From: Shigella phage JK36
Length of the DNA stretch: 64,000 nt
Strand: one strand, 5' to 3'
Sequence record: MK962754.1
Numbering within the stretch: position 1 is the first letter of the stretch; each line of letters starts with the position of its first letter. The position numbers and the translations under genes are program-made. The notes beneath the pieces were generated by a model. That model worked only from the letters and a program-made list of their open reading frames with translations, was not told where the DNA came from and searched no databases. Below, in pieces: positions 40,448 to 51,140 of the stretch.

Positions 40448-42019
40448 ATGAAATTTAATATCTTAAGTTTGTTTGCTCCATGGGCAAAAATGGACGAACG
40501 TGATTACAAAGACCAAGAAAAAGAAAATTTAGAATCTATCACAGCACCAAAATTGGACGACGGCGCTAAAGAATACGAAGTATCTGAAAATGAAGCACAG
40601 CAAACATATAATGCCATGTTTCAGAGAATGTTCGGTAGTCAAGAACCAGGGCTCAAATCAACCCGTGAATTAATCGATACGTATCGAAATTTGATGACGA
40701 ACTATGAAGTGGATAATGCAGTCTCTGAAATAGTTTCCGATGCTATCGTGTATGAAGATGATACAGAAGTCGTTTCTATAAATTTAGACAACACAAAATT
40801 TAGTCCAAATATCAAATCAATGATGTTGGATGAATTTAACGAAGTGTTGAATCATTTATCTTTCCAACGTAAAGGTTCAGATCATTTTAGACGTTGGTAT
40901 GTGGATTCTCGAATTTTCTTCCATAAAATTATTGACCCTAAACGCCCTAAAGAAGGTATTAAAGAGCTTCGTCGTTTAGACCCACGTCAAGTTCAATATG
41001 TCCGTGAAGTTATTACAACCACTGAAGCTGGTGTTAAAATAGTCAAGGGTTATAAAGAATATTTCATTTATGACACATCACACGAATCTTATGCTTGTGA
41101 TGGTCGCATATATGAAGCGGGCACAAAAATAAAAATCCCTAAAGCCGCGATTGTTTACGCCCATTCTGGTTTAGTTGATTGTTGTGGTAAAAATATCATC
41201 GGTTATTTGCATCGGGCTATTAAGCCAGCGAACCAATTAAAACTTCTTGAAGATGCTGTCGTAATTTATCGTATTACTCGTGCTCCCGATCGTCGTGTAT
41301 GGTACGTTGATACAGGTAATATGCCTTCAAGAAAAGCAGCAGAACATATGCAACATGTTATGAATACGATGAAAAACCGTATTGCATATGATGCTACTAC
41401 AGGCAAGATTAAAAACCAACAGCATATTATGTCGATGACCGAAGATTATTGGTTACAACGACGTGATGGTAAAGCAGTAACAGAAGTTGATACATTACCA
41501 GGTGCAGATAATACCGGAAATATGGAAGATGTACGTTGGTTCCGTAATGCGCTTTATATGGCTTTACGTATTCCTATTACCCGTATTCCAAGTGACCAAG
41601 GTGGTATACAGTTTGATGCTGGTACTTCTATTACACGAGATGAATTGTCATTTGGTAAATTTATTCGTGAGCTGCAACATAAATTTGAAGAGATATTCCT
41701 AGACCCGCTTAAAACTAATTTAATTCTTAAAGGAATTATTACAGAAGATGAGTGGAATGATGAAATAAATAATATTAAGATAAAATTTCATCGGGATAGT
41801 TATTTCTCGGAATTAAAGGATGCTGAGATTCTGGAGCGTCGCATTAATATGCTTCAGATGGCCGAACCATTTATTGGTAAATATATTTCTCACAGAACAG
41901 CTATGAAAGATATTCTTCAGATGTCTGACGAGGAAATTGAACAAGAGGCTAAGCAAATTGAAGAAGAGTCGAAAGAGGCTCGTTTCCAAGACCCCGACCA
42001 AGAACAAGAGGATTTTTAA
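40448..42019 (+). CDS. 20: gp20 portal vertex protein
   Basis: 523 aa; synteny. Confidence 0.95.
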   Translation: MKFNILSLFAPWAKMDERDYKDQEKENLESITAPKLDDGAKEYEVSENEAQQTYNAMFQRMFGSQEPGLKSTRELIDTYRNLMTNYEVDNAVSEIVSDAIVYEDDTEVVSINLDNTKFSPNIKSMMLDEFNEVLNHLSFQRKGSDHFRRWYVDSRIFFHKIIDPKRPKEGIKELRRLDPRQVQYVREVITTTEAGVKIVKGYKEYFIYDTSHESYACDGRIYEAGTKIKIPKAAIVYAHSGLVDCCGKNIIGYLHRAIKPANQLKLLEDAVVIYRITRAPDRRVWYVDTGNMPSRKAAEHMQHVMNTMKNRIAYDATTGKIKNQQHIMSMTEDYWLQRRDGKAVTEVDTLPGADNTGNMEDVRWFRNALYMALRIPITRIPSDQGGIQFDAGTSITRDELSFGKFIRELQHKFEEIFLDPLKTNLILKGIITEDEWNDEINNIKIKFHRDSYFSELKDAEILERRINMLQMAEPFIGKYISHRTAMKDILQMSDEEIEQEAKQIEEESKEARFQDPDQEQEDF

Positions 42020-42258
42020 TGGACGATTTAATTCAAGCTATTAAATCAAACGACCTCGTTGCTACTCGAAAGTTTTTTGAAAGTGCAATGGCAGAAAAAA
42101 CGGTTCGTTTGATTGAAGCACGCAAAGCAGAAATCGCTTCTCAATTTTTGATTGAAGGCGAAGAACCTGAAGAAGAAGAAAAGAAAGCTAAAGCTTCGGA
42201 AGACGACGCTGATGAAGGCGATGACGACGAAGACGAAGATGATGAGGACGATGAATAA
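42019..42258 (+). CDS. 67: gp67 prohead core protein
   Basis: 79 aa with acidic C-terminus; position after 20. Confidence 0.85.
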   Translation: MDDLIQAIKSNDLVATRKFFESAMAEKTVRLIEARKAEIASQFLIEGEEPEEEEKKAKASEDDADEGDDDEDEDDEDDE

Positions 42259-42683
42259 TGTATCTTATCCCTGAATCTTATGAATTGGTACTCGAAAATG
42301 TCGAAGCACTTATTCCTGAAGCACAGGGCCGAATCGATGCATTGTCTTCTGCTCTCGATATTGACGATATAAATACTATTATCGAGAACATGCTTGAAAC
42401 TGAAACGGATTTAGCTGTTGCAATGGCTTCCATTATTAATGAAGAACAGTTAAATGAGTTTATCGTTAAACATGTTTCTTCTCGTGGTGAAGTCACCCGC
42501 ACTAAAGACCGTAAAACTCGTGAACGTAACGCGTTCCAAACCACTGGTCTTTCTAAAGCAAAACGTAGACAAATCGCTCGTAAGGTCGTTAAAGCTAAAA
42601 AAGCTAACCCTTCAGGCCAAGTTAAAGGCTTGCGTAAGCGTAAAAAGGCTCTTAAACGTCGTAAAGCATTAGGATTAAGCTAA
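42258..42683 (+). CDS. 68: gp68 prohead core protein
   Basis: 141 aa; basic C-terminus; synteny. Confidence 0.85.
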   Translation: MYLIPESYELVLENVEALIPEAQGRIDALSSALDIDDINTIIENMLETETDLAVAMASIINEEQLNEFIVKHVSSRGEVTRTKDRKTRERNAFQTTGLSKAKRRQIARKVVKAKKANPSGQVKGLRKRKKALKRRKALGLS

Positions 42684-43324
42684 TGAATAAACCCGAGTTA
42701 CTTATTGAAACTTGGGGTCAACCCGGTGAGATTATTGATGGCGTTCCAATGTTGGAATCTCATGATGGAAAAGATTCTGGCTTAAAACCAGGGCTTTATA
42801 TAGAAGGTATTTTTCTTCAGGCAGAGGTTGTTAACCGAAATAAACGTTTATATCCTAAACGCGTTTTGGAAAAAGCAGTAAGTGACTATATTAAAGAACA
42901 AGTCGCAACCAAACAAGCCCTTGGAGAATTAAACCATCCACCTCGTGCAAATGTTGACCCTATGCAAGCCGCTATCATTATCGAAGATATGTGGTGGAAA
43001 GGAAACGATGTATATGGACGTGCTAGAATTATTGAAGGCGACCATGGTCCCGGCGATAAATTAGCTGCTAATATACGAGCTGGTTGGATTCCAGGTGTTT
43101 CCTCTCGTGGTCTTGGTTCTTTAACCGACACCAATAAAGGGTACCGTATCGTGAACGAAGGATTTAAATTAACCGTCGGCGTAGATGCCGTATGGGGACC
43201 TTCTGCTCCAGATGCTTGGGTTACTCCTAAACAAATATCAGAATCAGAAAATTCGGTGGAAATCACCAAAAACAGTGCTGACGAAGCATTTAAAGCTCTC
43301 GCAGAGAGTTTAAAAGCATTATAA
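42683..43324 (+). CDS. 21: gp21 prohead core scaffold protease
   Basis: 213 aa; synteny. Confidence 0.9.
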   Translation: MNKPELLIETWGQPGEIIDGVPMLESHDGKDSGLKPGLYIEGIFLQAEVVNRNKRLYPKRVLEKAVSDYIKEQVATKQALGELNHPPRANVDPMQAAIIIEDMWWKGNDVYGRARIIEGDHGPGDKLAANIRAGWIPGVSSRGLGSLTDTNKGYRIVNEGFKLTVGVDAVWGPSAPDAWVTPKQISESENSVEITKNSADEAFKALAESLKAL

Positions 43325-43327
43325 ATA
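43320..43327 (+). promoter_or_regulatory. T4 late promoter TATAAATA (gene 22)
   Basis: Exact TATAAATA overlapping gene 21 stop. Confidence 0.6.
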
Positions 43328-43357
43328 ATAATGTAATCTAAACCACAGGACACTAAA

Positions 43358-44170
43358 ATGATCAAAGAACAACTTTTGAAAGAAGCTCAGAACATCGAGA
43401 CTTCAGTTGCTCTTAATAGTGTTTTCGAATCAGTAGAACTGTCTCCGGACGTTAAAGCTAATTTCAGCACTGTATTCGAAGCCACCGTTAAGCAGGAAGC
43501 AGTCAAACTTGCTGAATCTCATATCAAAGCCATCGCCGAAAAGGCCGAAGAAGAAGTTGAAAAGGCTAAAGAAGATGCTGAAGAGAAAGCTGATAAAAAA
43601 TTGGCTGAACAAGCTTCTAAATTCCTAGACCATCTTGCAAAAGAATGGCTCGCAGAAAACCAAATCGCAGTTGATAAAGGCATTAAAGCTGATTTGTTCG
43701 AATCCATGCTTGGTGGTCTGAAAGAACTGTTTGTTGAACATAACGTTGTTGTTCCAGAAGAATCTGTAGATGTTGTAGCAGAAATGGAAGAAGAGCTGGC
43801 CGAACATAAAGAAGAAACCGCTCGTTTGTTCGAAGAAGTTACCAAACGTGATGCATATATCAATTACGTTCAGCGTGAAACCGCTATTAATGAAAGCGTA
43901 AAAGACCTGACTGAATCTCAGAAAGAAAAAGTTATTGGCCTGGTTGAAGGTATGGATTATTCTGACGCATTTGGTACTAAGTTAACTGCTATTGTAGAAA
44001 TGGTTAAAGGTTCTACTAAAGAAGAAGCCGCTATTACCGAAAGTATAAATACAGTTGACAATGACGCTGCCGGTCTTAATTTTGTTGCCGAAGCAGTTGA
44101 CACTACCACAACTCAGGTAGAACAGAATTCTAATGTAAGTTTATATGCGAAAGTCGCATCTCGTTTCTAA
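43358..44170 (+). CDS. 22: gp22 prohead core scaffold protein
   Basis: 270 aa acidic coiled-coil; synteny. Confidence 0.9.
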   Translation: MIKEQLLKEAQNIETSVALNSVFESVELSPDVKANFSTVFEATVKQEAVKLAESHIKAIAEKAEEEVEKAKEDAEEKADKKLAEQASKFLDHLAKEWLAENQIAVDKGIKADLFESMLGGLKELFVEHNVVVPEESVDVVAEMEEELAEHKEETARLFEEVTKRDAYINYVQRETAINESVKDLTESQKEKVIGLVEGMDYSDAFGTKLTAIVEMVKGSTKEEAAITESINTVDNDAAGLNFVAEAVDTTTTQVEQNSNVSLYAKVASRF

Positions 44171-44577
44171 TTTAAAGGTTAACACAAATGACTACTATCA
44201 AAACTAAAGCTCAGCTCGTAGACAAATGGAAAGAACTGCTGGAAGGTGAAGGCCTGCCGGAAATCGCTAATAGCAAGCAGGCTATTATCGCTAAAATCTT
44301 CGAAAACCAGGAAAAAGATTTCGAAGTATCCCCTGAATATAAAGACGAGAAAATCGCTCAGGCATTTGGTTCTTTCTTGACCGAAGCTGAAATTGGTGGT
44401 GACCATGGTTATAATGCTCAGAACATCGCAGCGGGTCAAACCTCTGGTGCAGTAACCCAAATTGGGCCGGCAGTTATGGGTATGGTTCGTCGTGCTATTC
44501 CTAATCTGATCGCTTTTGATATTTGTGGTGTTCAGCCTATGAACAGCCCGACCGGTCAGGTATTTGCTCTCCGTGCA

Positions 44578-45422
44578 GTATATGGTAAAGACCCTATCGC
44601 TGCTGGCGCTAAAGAAGCTTTCCATCCGATGTATGCTCCAGATGCGATGTTCTCTGGTCAGGGTGCTGCTAAGAAATTCCCAGCTCTGGCTGCTGACACT
44701 ACTACTGTTGTAGGTGATATCTATACTCACTTCTTCCAAGAAACTGGTACTGTATATCTGCAAGCTTCTGCTGTCGTAACACTTGATTCTGGTGCAACTG
44801 ATGCAGCTAAATTAGATGCAGAAGTTAAGAAACAAATGGAAGCTGGTGCACTGGTAGAAATCGCTGAAGGTATGGCTACTTCTATCGCTGAACTCCAGGA
44901 AGGTTTCAACGGTTCTACCGATAACCCATGGAATGAAATGGGCTTCCGTATCGATAAACAAGTTATCGAAGCTAAATCTCGCCAGCTGAAAGCTGCTTAC
45001 TCTATCGAATTAGCACAAGACCTCCGTGCAGTACACGGTATGGATGCTGATGCTGAATTGAGCGGTATTCTGGCTACAGAAATTATGCTAGAAATCAACC
45101 GTGAAGTTGTTGATTGGATTAACTACTCTGCACAGGTTGGTAAATCTGGTATGACCCTGACTCCGGGTTCTAAAGCTGGTGTATTTGACTTCCAGGACCC
45201 GATTGATATCCGTGGTGCTCGTTGGGCCGGTGAAAGCTTTAAATCTCTGTTGTTCCAGATTCATAAAGAAGCAGTTGAAATTGCTCGTCAAACCGGTCGC
45301 GGTGAAGGTAACTTCATTATCGCTTCCCGTAACGTAGTTAACGTACTGGCTTCAGTTGATACTGGTATTTCTTACGCTGCACAGGGTCTGGCTTCTGGTT
45401 TTAATACCGACACTACTAAGTC
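44578..45422 (+). repeat. tandem direct repeat, copy 1 (845 bp)
   Basis: Identical to 45423..46267 except C at 45262 (G at 46107). Confidence 0.95.
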
Positions 45423-46267
45423 GTATATGGTAAAGACCCTATCGCTGCTGGCGCTAAAGAAGCTTTCCATCCGATGTATGCTCCAGATGCGATGTTCTCT
45501 GGTCAGGGTGCTGCTAAGAAATTCCCAGCTCTGGCTGCTGACACTACTACTGTTGTAGGTGATATCTATACTCACTTCTTCCAAGAAACTGGTACTGTAT
45601 ATCTGCAAGCTTCTGCTGTCGTAACACTTGATTCTGGTGCAACTGATGCAGCTAAATTAGATGCAGAAGTTAAGAAACAAATGGAAGCTGGTGCACTGGT
45701 AGAAATCGCTGAAGGTATGGCTACTTCTATCGCTGAACTCCAGGAAGGTTTCAACGGTTCTACCGATAACCCATGGAATGAAATGGGCTTCCGTATCGAT
45801 AAACAAGTTATCGAAGCTAAATCTCGCCAGCTGAAAGCTGCTTACTCTATCGAATTAGCACAAGACCTCCGTGCAGTACACGGTATGGATGCTGATGCTG
45901 AATTGAGCGGTATTCTGGCTACAGAAATTATGCTAGAAATCAACCGTGAAGTTGTTGATTGGATTAACTACTCTGCACAGGTTGGTAAATCTGGTATGAC
46001 CCTGACTCCGGGTTCTAAAGCTGGTGTATTTGACTTCCAGGACCCGATTGATATCCGTGGTGCTCGTTGGGCCGGTGAAAGCTTTAAATCTCTGTTGTTC
46101 CAGATTGATAAAGAAGCAGTTGAAATTGCTCGTCAAACCGGTCGCGGTGAAGGTAACTTCATTATCGCTTCCCGTAACGTAGTTAACGTACTGGCTTCAG
46201 TTGATACTGGTATTTCTTACGCTGCACAGGGTCTGGCTTCTGGTTTTAATACCGACACTACTAAGTC
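45423..46267 (+). repeat. tandem direct repeat, copy 2 (845 bp)
   Basis: Direct repeat of 44578..45422; carries the T4-like Asp codon (GAT) at 46107. Confidence 0.95.
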
Positions 46268-46625
46268 TGTATTTGCCGGTGTACTTGGTGGTAAATACCG
46301 CGTATACATCGACCAGTATGCTAAACAGGATTACTTCACCGTTGGTTACAAAGGCGCTAACGAAATGGATGCAGGTATTTACTATGCTCCTTACGTTGCA
46401 CTTACCCCGCTGCGTGGTTCCGATCCTAAGAACTTCCAGCCGGTAATGGGCTTTAAAACTCGTTACGGTATCGGTGTTAACCCGTTTGCTGAAAGTTCCC
46501 TGCAGGCTCCAGGTGCTCGCATCCAGTCCGGTATGCCATCTATCCTGAACAGCCTTGGTAAGAACGCTTACTTCCGCCGTGTATATGTAAAAGGCATCTA
46601 ATCTTAATTGATTAAATCTTATTTT

Positions 46626-46650
46626 GGGAGACTTCGGTCTCCCATTTTTG
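46626..46650 (+). terminator. rho-independent terminator after gene 23
   Basis: GGGAGAC-TTCG-GTCTCCC hairpin + ATTTTTGGTTTT. Confidence 0.65.
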
Positions 46651-46653
46651 GTT

Positions 46654-46923
46654 TTATTTCTGTGCAATTTCGATGTAAGTTTTCAAAATATTTTGCCAAT
46701 TAGGCATACCTTCTTGGACATATGCCGGAGAACCGTCTTTGTTTTTGAATGATGCAAGTTTATCAGTGGCCCAATAACCTTTAGCTCGAGCTTCAGAATC
46801 AACTTTCATCCATACTTTGTTGAAGGCATTACCATTAACTTTTGCACCATATTTTTCTACTAACTTAACTGCTTCAGCTTCCAGAACTTTTAAAGTATCT
46901 CGTAAGAAACGTGCTTTAGTCAT
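46654..46923 (-). CDS. hypothetical protein (89 aa) at the position of segD in T4
   Basis: ATG 46923 with GAGGAG RBS inside conserved early cassette; not a GIY-YIG endonuclease (too short, no motif). Confidence 0.5.
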   Translation of the reverse strand: MTKARFLRDTLKVLEAEAVKLVEKYGAKVNGNAFNKVWMKVDSEARAKGYWATDKLASFKNKDGSPAYVQEGMPNWQNILKTYIEIAQK

Positions 46924-46985
46924 TTTGTTTACTCCTCTGTAGTTGATAAGTCTATAGTATCACATACCAAATACGTTGTAAACAA
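46924..46985 (-). promoter_or_regulatory. early promoter / PeSL-like cassette
   Basis: 43 nt identical to 9564-9606; minus GTTTAC at plus 46978-46983. Confidence 0.55.
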
Positions 46986-46989
46986 TCTT

Positions 46990-46997
46990 TATAAATA
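46990..46997 (+). promoter_or_regulatory. T4 late promoter TATAAATA (gene 24)
   Basis: Exact TATAAATA 28 nt upstream of gene 24 ATG. Confidence 0.6.
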
Positions 46998-47024
46998 ATC
47001 TATATCACATAAGGAAAAAATGCA

Positions 47025-48308
47025 ATGAGTAAAATCCAAAAATTATTGCGTGAATCTACAACGTCTACTAGCAACTCAATTGGTCGCCCAAATCTCGTTG
47101 CTTTGACTCGCGCTACGACTAAATTAATATATTCTGACATTGTAGCAACACAAAGAACTAATCAACCTGTTGCTGCTTTTTATGGTATCAAATATCTTAA
47201 CCCAGATAACGAATTCACATTTAAAACCGGTGCTACTTATGCTGGCGAAGTTGGATATGTAGACCGAGAAAAAATTACTGAGCTCACAGAAGAATCAAAA
47301 GTCACACTAAATAAAGGTGATTTTTTCAAATATAATAATATCGTCTATAAAGTGTTAGAAGATACACCATTTGCAGATATTCAAGAAAGTGATCTAGAAT
47401 TAGCTCTTCAGATTGCAGTCGTTCATTTAAAGGTACGGTTATTTTCAGATGCAGCGGTAACAAGCAAATTTGAAAGCTCTGGTAGCGAAATTTCTGATGC
47501 AAGATTCCAGATTAATAAATGGCAAACTTCAGTCAAATCTCGTAAACTTAAAACTGGCCTCACGGTTGAATTAGCGCAAGATTTGGAAGCGAATGGATTT
47601 GATGCCCCTAACTTCTTAGAAGATTTGCTTGCTACTGAAATGGCTGATGAAATTAATAAAGATATTCTTCAGTCTTTAATTACTGTATCGAAACGTTATA
47701 AAGTTACTGGAATTACTGACACCGGATTTATTGACTTGAGCTATGCATCCGCTCCAGAAGCAGGTCGTTCATTATATCGAATGGTGTGTGAAATGGTATC
47801 ACACATTCAAAAAGAGACAACTTATACTGCAACGTTTTGTGTAGCCTCAGCTCGTGCAGCTGCTATTCTTGCTGCTTCTGGTTGGTTAAAACATAAGCCA
47901 GAAGATGACAAGTATCTTTCACAAAATGCTTATGGATTCTTGGCAAATGGATTACCTCTTTACTGCGATACCAACAGTCCGTTAGATTATGTTATTGTGG
48001 GTGTTGTAGAAAATATCGGCGAAAAAGAAATTGTAGGGTCCATCTTTTATGCTCCATACACTGAAGGAGTAGATTTAGATGACCCGGAACATGTCGGTGC
48101 ATTTAAAGTTGTAGTTGATCCGGAAAGTTTGCAACCGTCTATCGGATTATTGGTTAGATATGCTTTATCAGCAAATCCTTACACAGTAGCAAAAGACGAA
48201 AAAGAAGCGAGAATAATTGATGGCGGGGACATGGATAAAATGGCAGGACGTTCAGACTTGTCTGTTTTATTAGGTGTTAAGCTACCAAAAATTATCATTG
48301 ATGAATAA
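47025..48308 (+). CDS. 24: gp24 head vertex protein
   Basis: 427 aa as T4 gp24; gp23-like fold. Confidence 0.9.
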   Translation: MSKIQKLLRESTTSTSNSIGRPNLVALTRATTKLIYSDIVATQRTNQPVAAFYGIKYLNPDNEFTFKTGATYAGEVGYVDREKITELTEESKVTLNKGDFFKYNNIVYKVLEDTPFADIQESDLELALQIAVVHLKVRLFSDAAVTSKFESSGSEISDARFQINKWQTSVKSRKLKTGLTVELAQDLEANGFDAPNFLEDLLATEMADEINKDILQSLITVSKRYKVTGITDTGFIDLSYASAPEAGRSLYRMVCEMVSHIQKETTYTATFCVASARAAAILAASGWLKHKPEDDKYLSQNAYGFLANGLPLYCDTNSPLDYVIVGVVENIGEKEIVGSIFYAPYTEGVDLDDPEHVGAFKVVVDPESLQPSIGLLVRYALSANPYTVAKDEKEARIIDGGDMDKMAGRSDLSVLLGVKLPKIIIDE

Positions 48309-48314
48309 AACAAA

Positions 48315-48337
48315 GGGACCTTACGGTCCCTTTTTTC
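48315..48337. terminator. bidirectional rho-independent terminator (gene 24 / rnlB)
   Basis: GGGACC-TTACG-GTCCC hairpin flanked by T-rich runs on both strands. Confidence 0.6.
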
Positions 48338-48338
48338 G

Positions 48339-49337
48339 TTATGATACTAATTCAATCCATGCAGGACGCAGAACATCTTGCACCATTCGGACTAATTCTT
48401 TCTTAACAAGATTCGGATTATCAGATGATGTTAATACAATACCTTCGCGAGAAGTTTCTTCCAGAATATCTTGAACAGTCAATCCCATCACTTTGCCAAA
48501 ATCTTTTGGCGTTACAGCACCAATCTTAGAAATCACATTATTAATACGATTTAATGTAACATAACAAGCTAGAACATCAAGCAAGTTTTTGTCAGTTTCG
48601 GTTAATGGAACCTGAGTTTTAATAGGCTTATCAGACTTTTTCTTTTCACTGAATTTAGAGTTCTTGCACTTAATAGCTACACGAGTACCGTTTGGCAGCC
48701 ATTTAGGGAAACAAGGCTTCAGAACATAACCTTCTGCCGTATTATCGCCAATAACATTAGCATCAAATACGCAATTATTTGCTTCGACAAGGTCTTCCGA
48801 TGCCGTGGCGTTATAAGCGGCTAAGACAGAATCAAGATCGTTTGGAATCATGATAAGAGCATCAAATGTGCCACGTCCAAGCATTGGTGCCATTTTAAAA
48901 CCGAATTCATTACAGAAATCTTGCATTTCGTAATCGGTCAAATACGTATTATCACCACTTTCTGTATTGATAAGGATATCGAACACATAAAAATCTTTTT
49001 CACCGTAGTCAACACCTTTCTGGATTCCACCACCAGCGAATTCACCGAATACTTGATATGATACGGCTCGAGAACTACCCATTACTTCTTGAACGTTTTT
49101 AATAGCCTTATCATACTTCTTGAGTACGATTTCATAACCATAAAAATCTTCTGCCGGAAGAATAGGGCCTGTGCGCTTGGCGCATGTGACGTTGTCACGT
49201 TCAATTATTAACGAGAAGTTAGTCCCATGGATTTTCTCACGTGCTACCCAAACACCAGTAGTCAAACCATTAGTGTAGAGTTTTTCAATAAACTTAGAGT
49301 TGTAGTGGTTTTCAAGACTGCTGTATTTCTTAAACAT
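48339..49337 (-). CDS. rnlB: RNA ligase 2
   Basis: [21 protein letters not shown]...[12 protein letters not shown] (KxHG nucleotidyl-lysine motif); near-identical to T4 Rnl2. Confidence 0.9.
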   Translation of the reverse strand: MFKKYSSLENHYNSKFIEKLYTNGLTTGVWVAREKIHGTNFSLIIERDNVTCAKRTGPILPAEDFYGYEIVLKKYDKAIKNVQEVMGSSRAVSYQVFGEFAGGGIQKGVDYGEKDFYVFDILINTESGDNTYLTDYEMQDFCNEFGFKMAPMLGRGTFDALIMIPNDLDSVLAAYNATASEDLVEANNCVFDANVIGDNTAEGYVLKPCFPKWLPNGTRVAIKCKNSKFSEKKKSDKPIKTQVPLTETDKNLLDVLACYVTLNRINNVISKIGAVTPKDFGKVMGLTVQDILEETSREGIVLTSSDNPNLVKKELVRMVQDVLRPAWIELVS

Positions 49338-49456
49338 AAATCACCATTATAAATAATAATATCAAAATAATTAGCAGAGACTCTATCTCTGACCGGATGT
49401 TTAATTTGAATGGATAGAACCTAGATTCATTATACCATCAAAAATTGTAAAGCATA

Positions 49457-49708
49457 TTAGAACTTGATTTCTATCCAATGACCATCACGCTGGTCGTGAT
49501 TAATTTTGTACTGAAAGCCGTTATCACGAAGCCATTGACCGACTTGTTCAGTTATAGTTAAATCGTTCTTTGACGGGTAGTACGTGAATTGTGTCTGGCC
49601 TTTATCAGCGGCTTTCTCTGCCATCACAGAGAAGTTAGTAATAAAATCACTCAACAAATTAGCTTTAGTGGCCAGCGCCCTTTCTCTTAATTCCTGTGCA
49701 AAACTCAT
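49457..49708 (-). CDS. hypothetical protein (83 aa; 24.2 position)
   Basis: ORF downstream of 24.3-like gene; position-based. Confidence 0.5.
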   Translation of the reverse strand: MSFAQELRERALATKANLLSDFITNFSVMAEKAADKGQTQFTYYPSKNDLTITEQVGQWLRDNGFQYKINHDQRDGHWIEIKF

Positions 49709-49905
49709 TTCTTCACCTTTTTGTTAATCAAACGTTTACGGTATACAACTTTTTCTTTTGCTTTAAACTTTGACCGAGCTATCTCGGCTTTAGTCCATAG
49801 TAATCCAACTTCTTTAGGTTGTAAACCAATTTTTTGAGCAATTTCTACGAATGAAAATCCCGCCTCATGTAATGTATAAACTTCAACTTCAGCTCTCATA
49901 ATCAA
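49705..49905 (-). CDS. hypothetical small basic protein (66 aa; 24.3 position)
   Basis: ORF with basic C-terminus; ATGA overlap with next gene. Confidence 0.5.
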   Translation of the reverse strand: MIMRAEVEVYTLHEAGFSFVEIAQKIGLQPKEVGLLWTKAEIARSKFKAKEKVVYRKRLINKKVKK

Positions 49906-50000
49906 TCCCGTACTATTTGGTTTGTGCCATTATATACATAAATCTCAAGTTGTGTTTTGTATGCTTTAAAAACGAAGAAAGGGGCCGAAGCCCCTTACGA

Positions 50001-51131
50001 TTATGGATATGTATAGATGATACCAGTTTCCAAAGCAGTTTTATGGATGATGTATCCATTACGTGATTCTTGAACATCAACTTCCGGATAGTCTTTCATC
50101 ATCTTCTGAAGAGTGTAACGATGCAGGTAGTATTTACTATCTGGATCTTCAGTTTTCCAATCTTTACCTTCTTCAGTCATTTTTTGGATTTCATCCATAA
50201 CCCACCATCCGCACCAGATGTAAGCTGAAGTACGATGTGGAAGAGGATGAACATAAGGTAATTCACCTTCTGGTTCTGGAGCAACTTTATCGGTTACTTG
50301 AACTTGACCTTCTGCTGTAATAGTTTTGCTATCATAATCAGTAGCAGTAACAGTTGCAGTAACTTCAATAGTTTGACTTCCAATAGATGAGGTATCAACG
50401 GTATATACATTAGTTGACCCTTCTACAGGAGAAGAATCTTTCTTCCATGAATACTCAATTTGCGCTTCTTCTGGAGCATCAGTGACATTAACGGTAAATG
50501 TAGCCGAAGCATCTTGCTGAACGTTAATAGAAGGAGGAGTCAATGTAACCTGTGGATTCATTGTCTTCTTATTAACCGTTAATGATACTTCATTCGAAGT
50601 AACTTCCTTTGCATCATAATCTGTCGCGGTTACTTGGGCTACACATTTAATTCTTTTTACTCCACTTGCAGTTGGAGTATAGCTAAATGTAGAGTTAGTT
50701 TCTCCACCAACCTGTGAATCATCTACATACCACTGATACGTAGCAGATGCGCCTGATGGCTGCGAAGCCAAAGCAGCGGTAAATTCAACAGCTGTTCCAA
50801 TCACTCCAGCCGCAGGACTAGCAGGAGTTACGGCTAAGGTAGTCGTCTGTGTCTTATTTTGAACTGTGATAGTTGTAGTAGCTTCTGCTGTTTCAGCGTC
50901 AGTATCAGGAATAGTATTTGTTGCAACAACTTTAATTGTTTTTGTTCCGGCAGGTCCTTTTAACACATAATCAAAAGTTTCTGCTGATCCTTCTTGGGGA
51001 GCATCGTCTACACTCCATGCATAGGTAATAGTTCCACCTTCAGTTTGACCACTGGGTGCAGCAGTAAACTGCTTAGTCTCATCTATAACTCCAGTAGGTG
51101 TTTTAGGAGTTATATCAACTGTAAAAGCCAT
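50001..51131 (-). CDS. hoc: highly immunogenic outer capsid protein Hoc
   Basis: 376 aa; MAFTVDITPKTPTGVIDETKQF... Ig-like repeats; near-identical to T4 Hoc. Confidence 0.9.
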   Translation of the reverse strand: MAFTVDITPKTPTGVIDETKQFTAAPSGQTEGGTITYAWSVDDAPQEGSAETFDYVLKGPAGTKTIKVVATNTIPDTDAETAEATTTITVQNKTQTTTLAVTPASPAAGVIGTAVEFTAALASQPSGASATYQWYVDDSQVGGETNSTFSYTPTASGVKRIKCVAQVTATDYDAKEVTSNEVSLTVNKKTMNPQVTLTPPSINVQQDASATFTVNVTDAPEEAQIEYSWKKDSSPVEGSTNVYTVDTSSIGSQTIEVTATVTATDYDSKTITAEGQVQVTDKVAPEPEGELPYVHPLPHRTSAYIWCGWWVMDEIQKMTEEGKDWKTEDPDSKYYLHRYTLQKMMKDYPEVDVQESRNGYIIHKTALETGIIYTYP

Positions 51132-51140
51132 AAGTTATCC

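Larger units (their letters stand above)
44188..46601 (+). pseudogene. 23: gene 23 major capsid protein, interrupted by 845-bp internal tandem duplication (frameshift)
   Basis: N-terminal frame 44188..45558 and C-terminal frame 45474..46601 both match T4 gp23; deleting one repeat copy restores a 522-codon ORF. Confidence 0.9.

Noticed and set aside
45423-45474. Gene 23 interruption as an intron, intein or programmed frameshift/bypass
   Set aside because: The inserted material is an exact direct repeat of adjacent gene 23 coding sequence with no intron/intein or HEG signatures; a duplication is the simpler explanation.
44179-46667. Minus-strand ORFs inside gene 23 (44179..44763, 45372..45608, 45088..45291, 45933..46136, 46197..46667) and duplicated protein strings
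   Set aside because: Antisense to the major capsid gene; their pairwise identity is a by-product of the 845-bp duplication, not independent genes.
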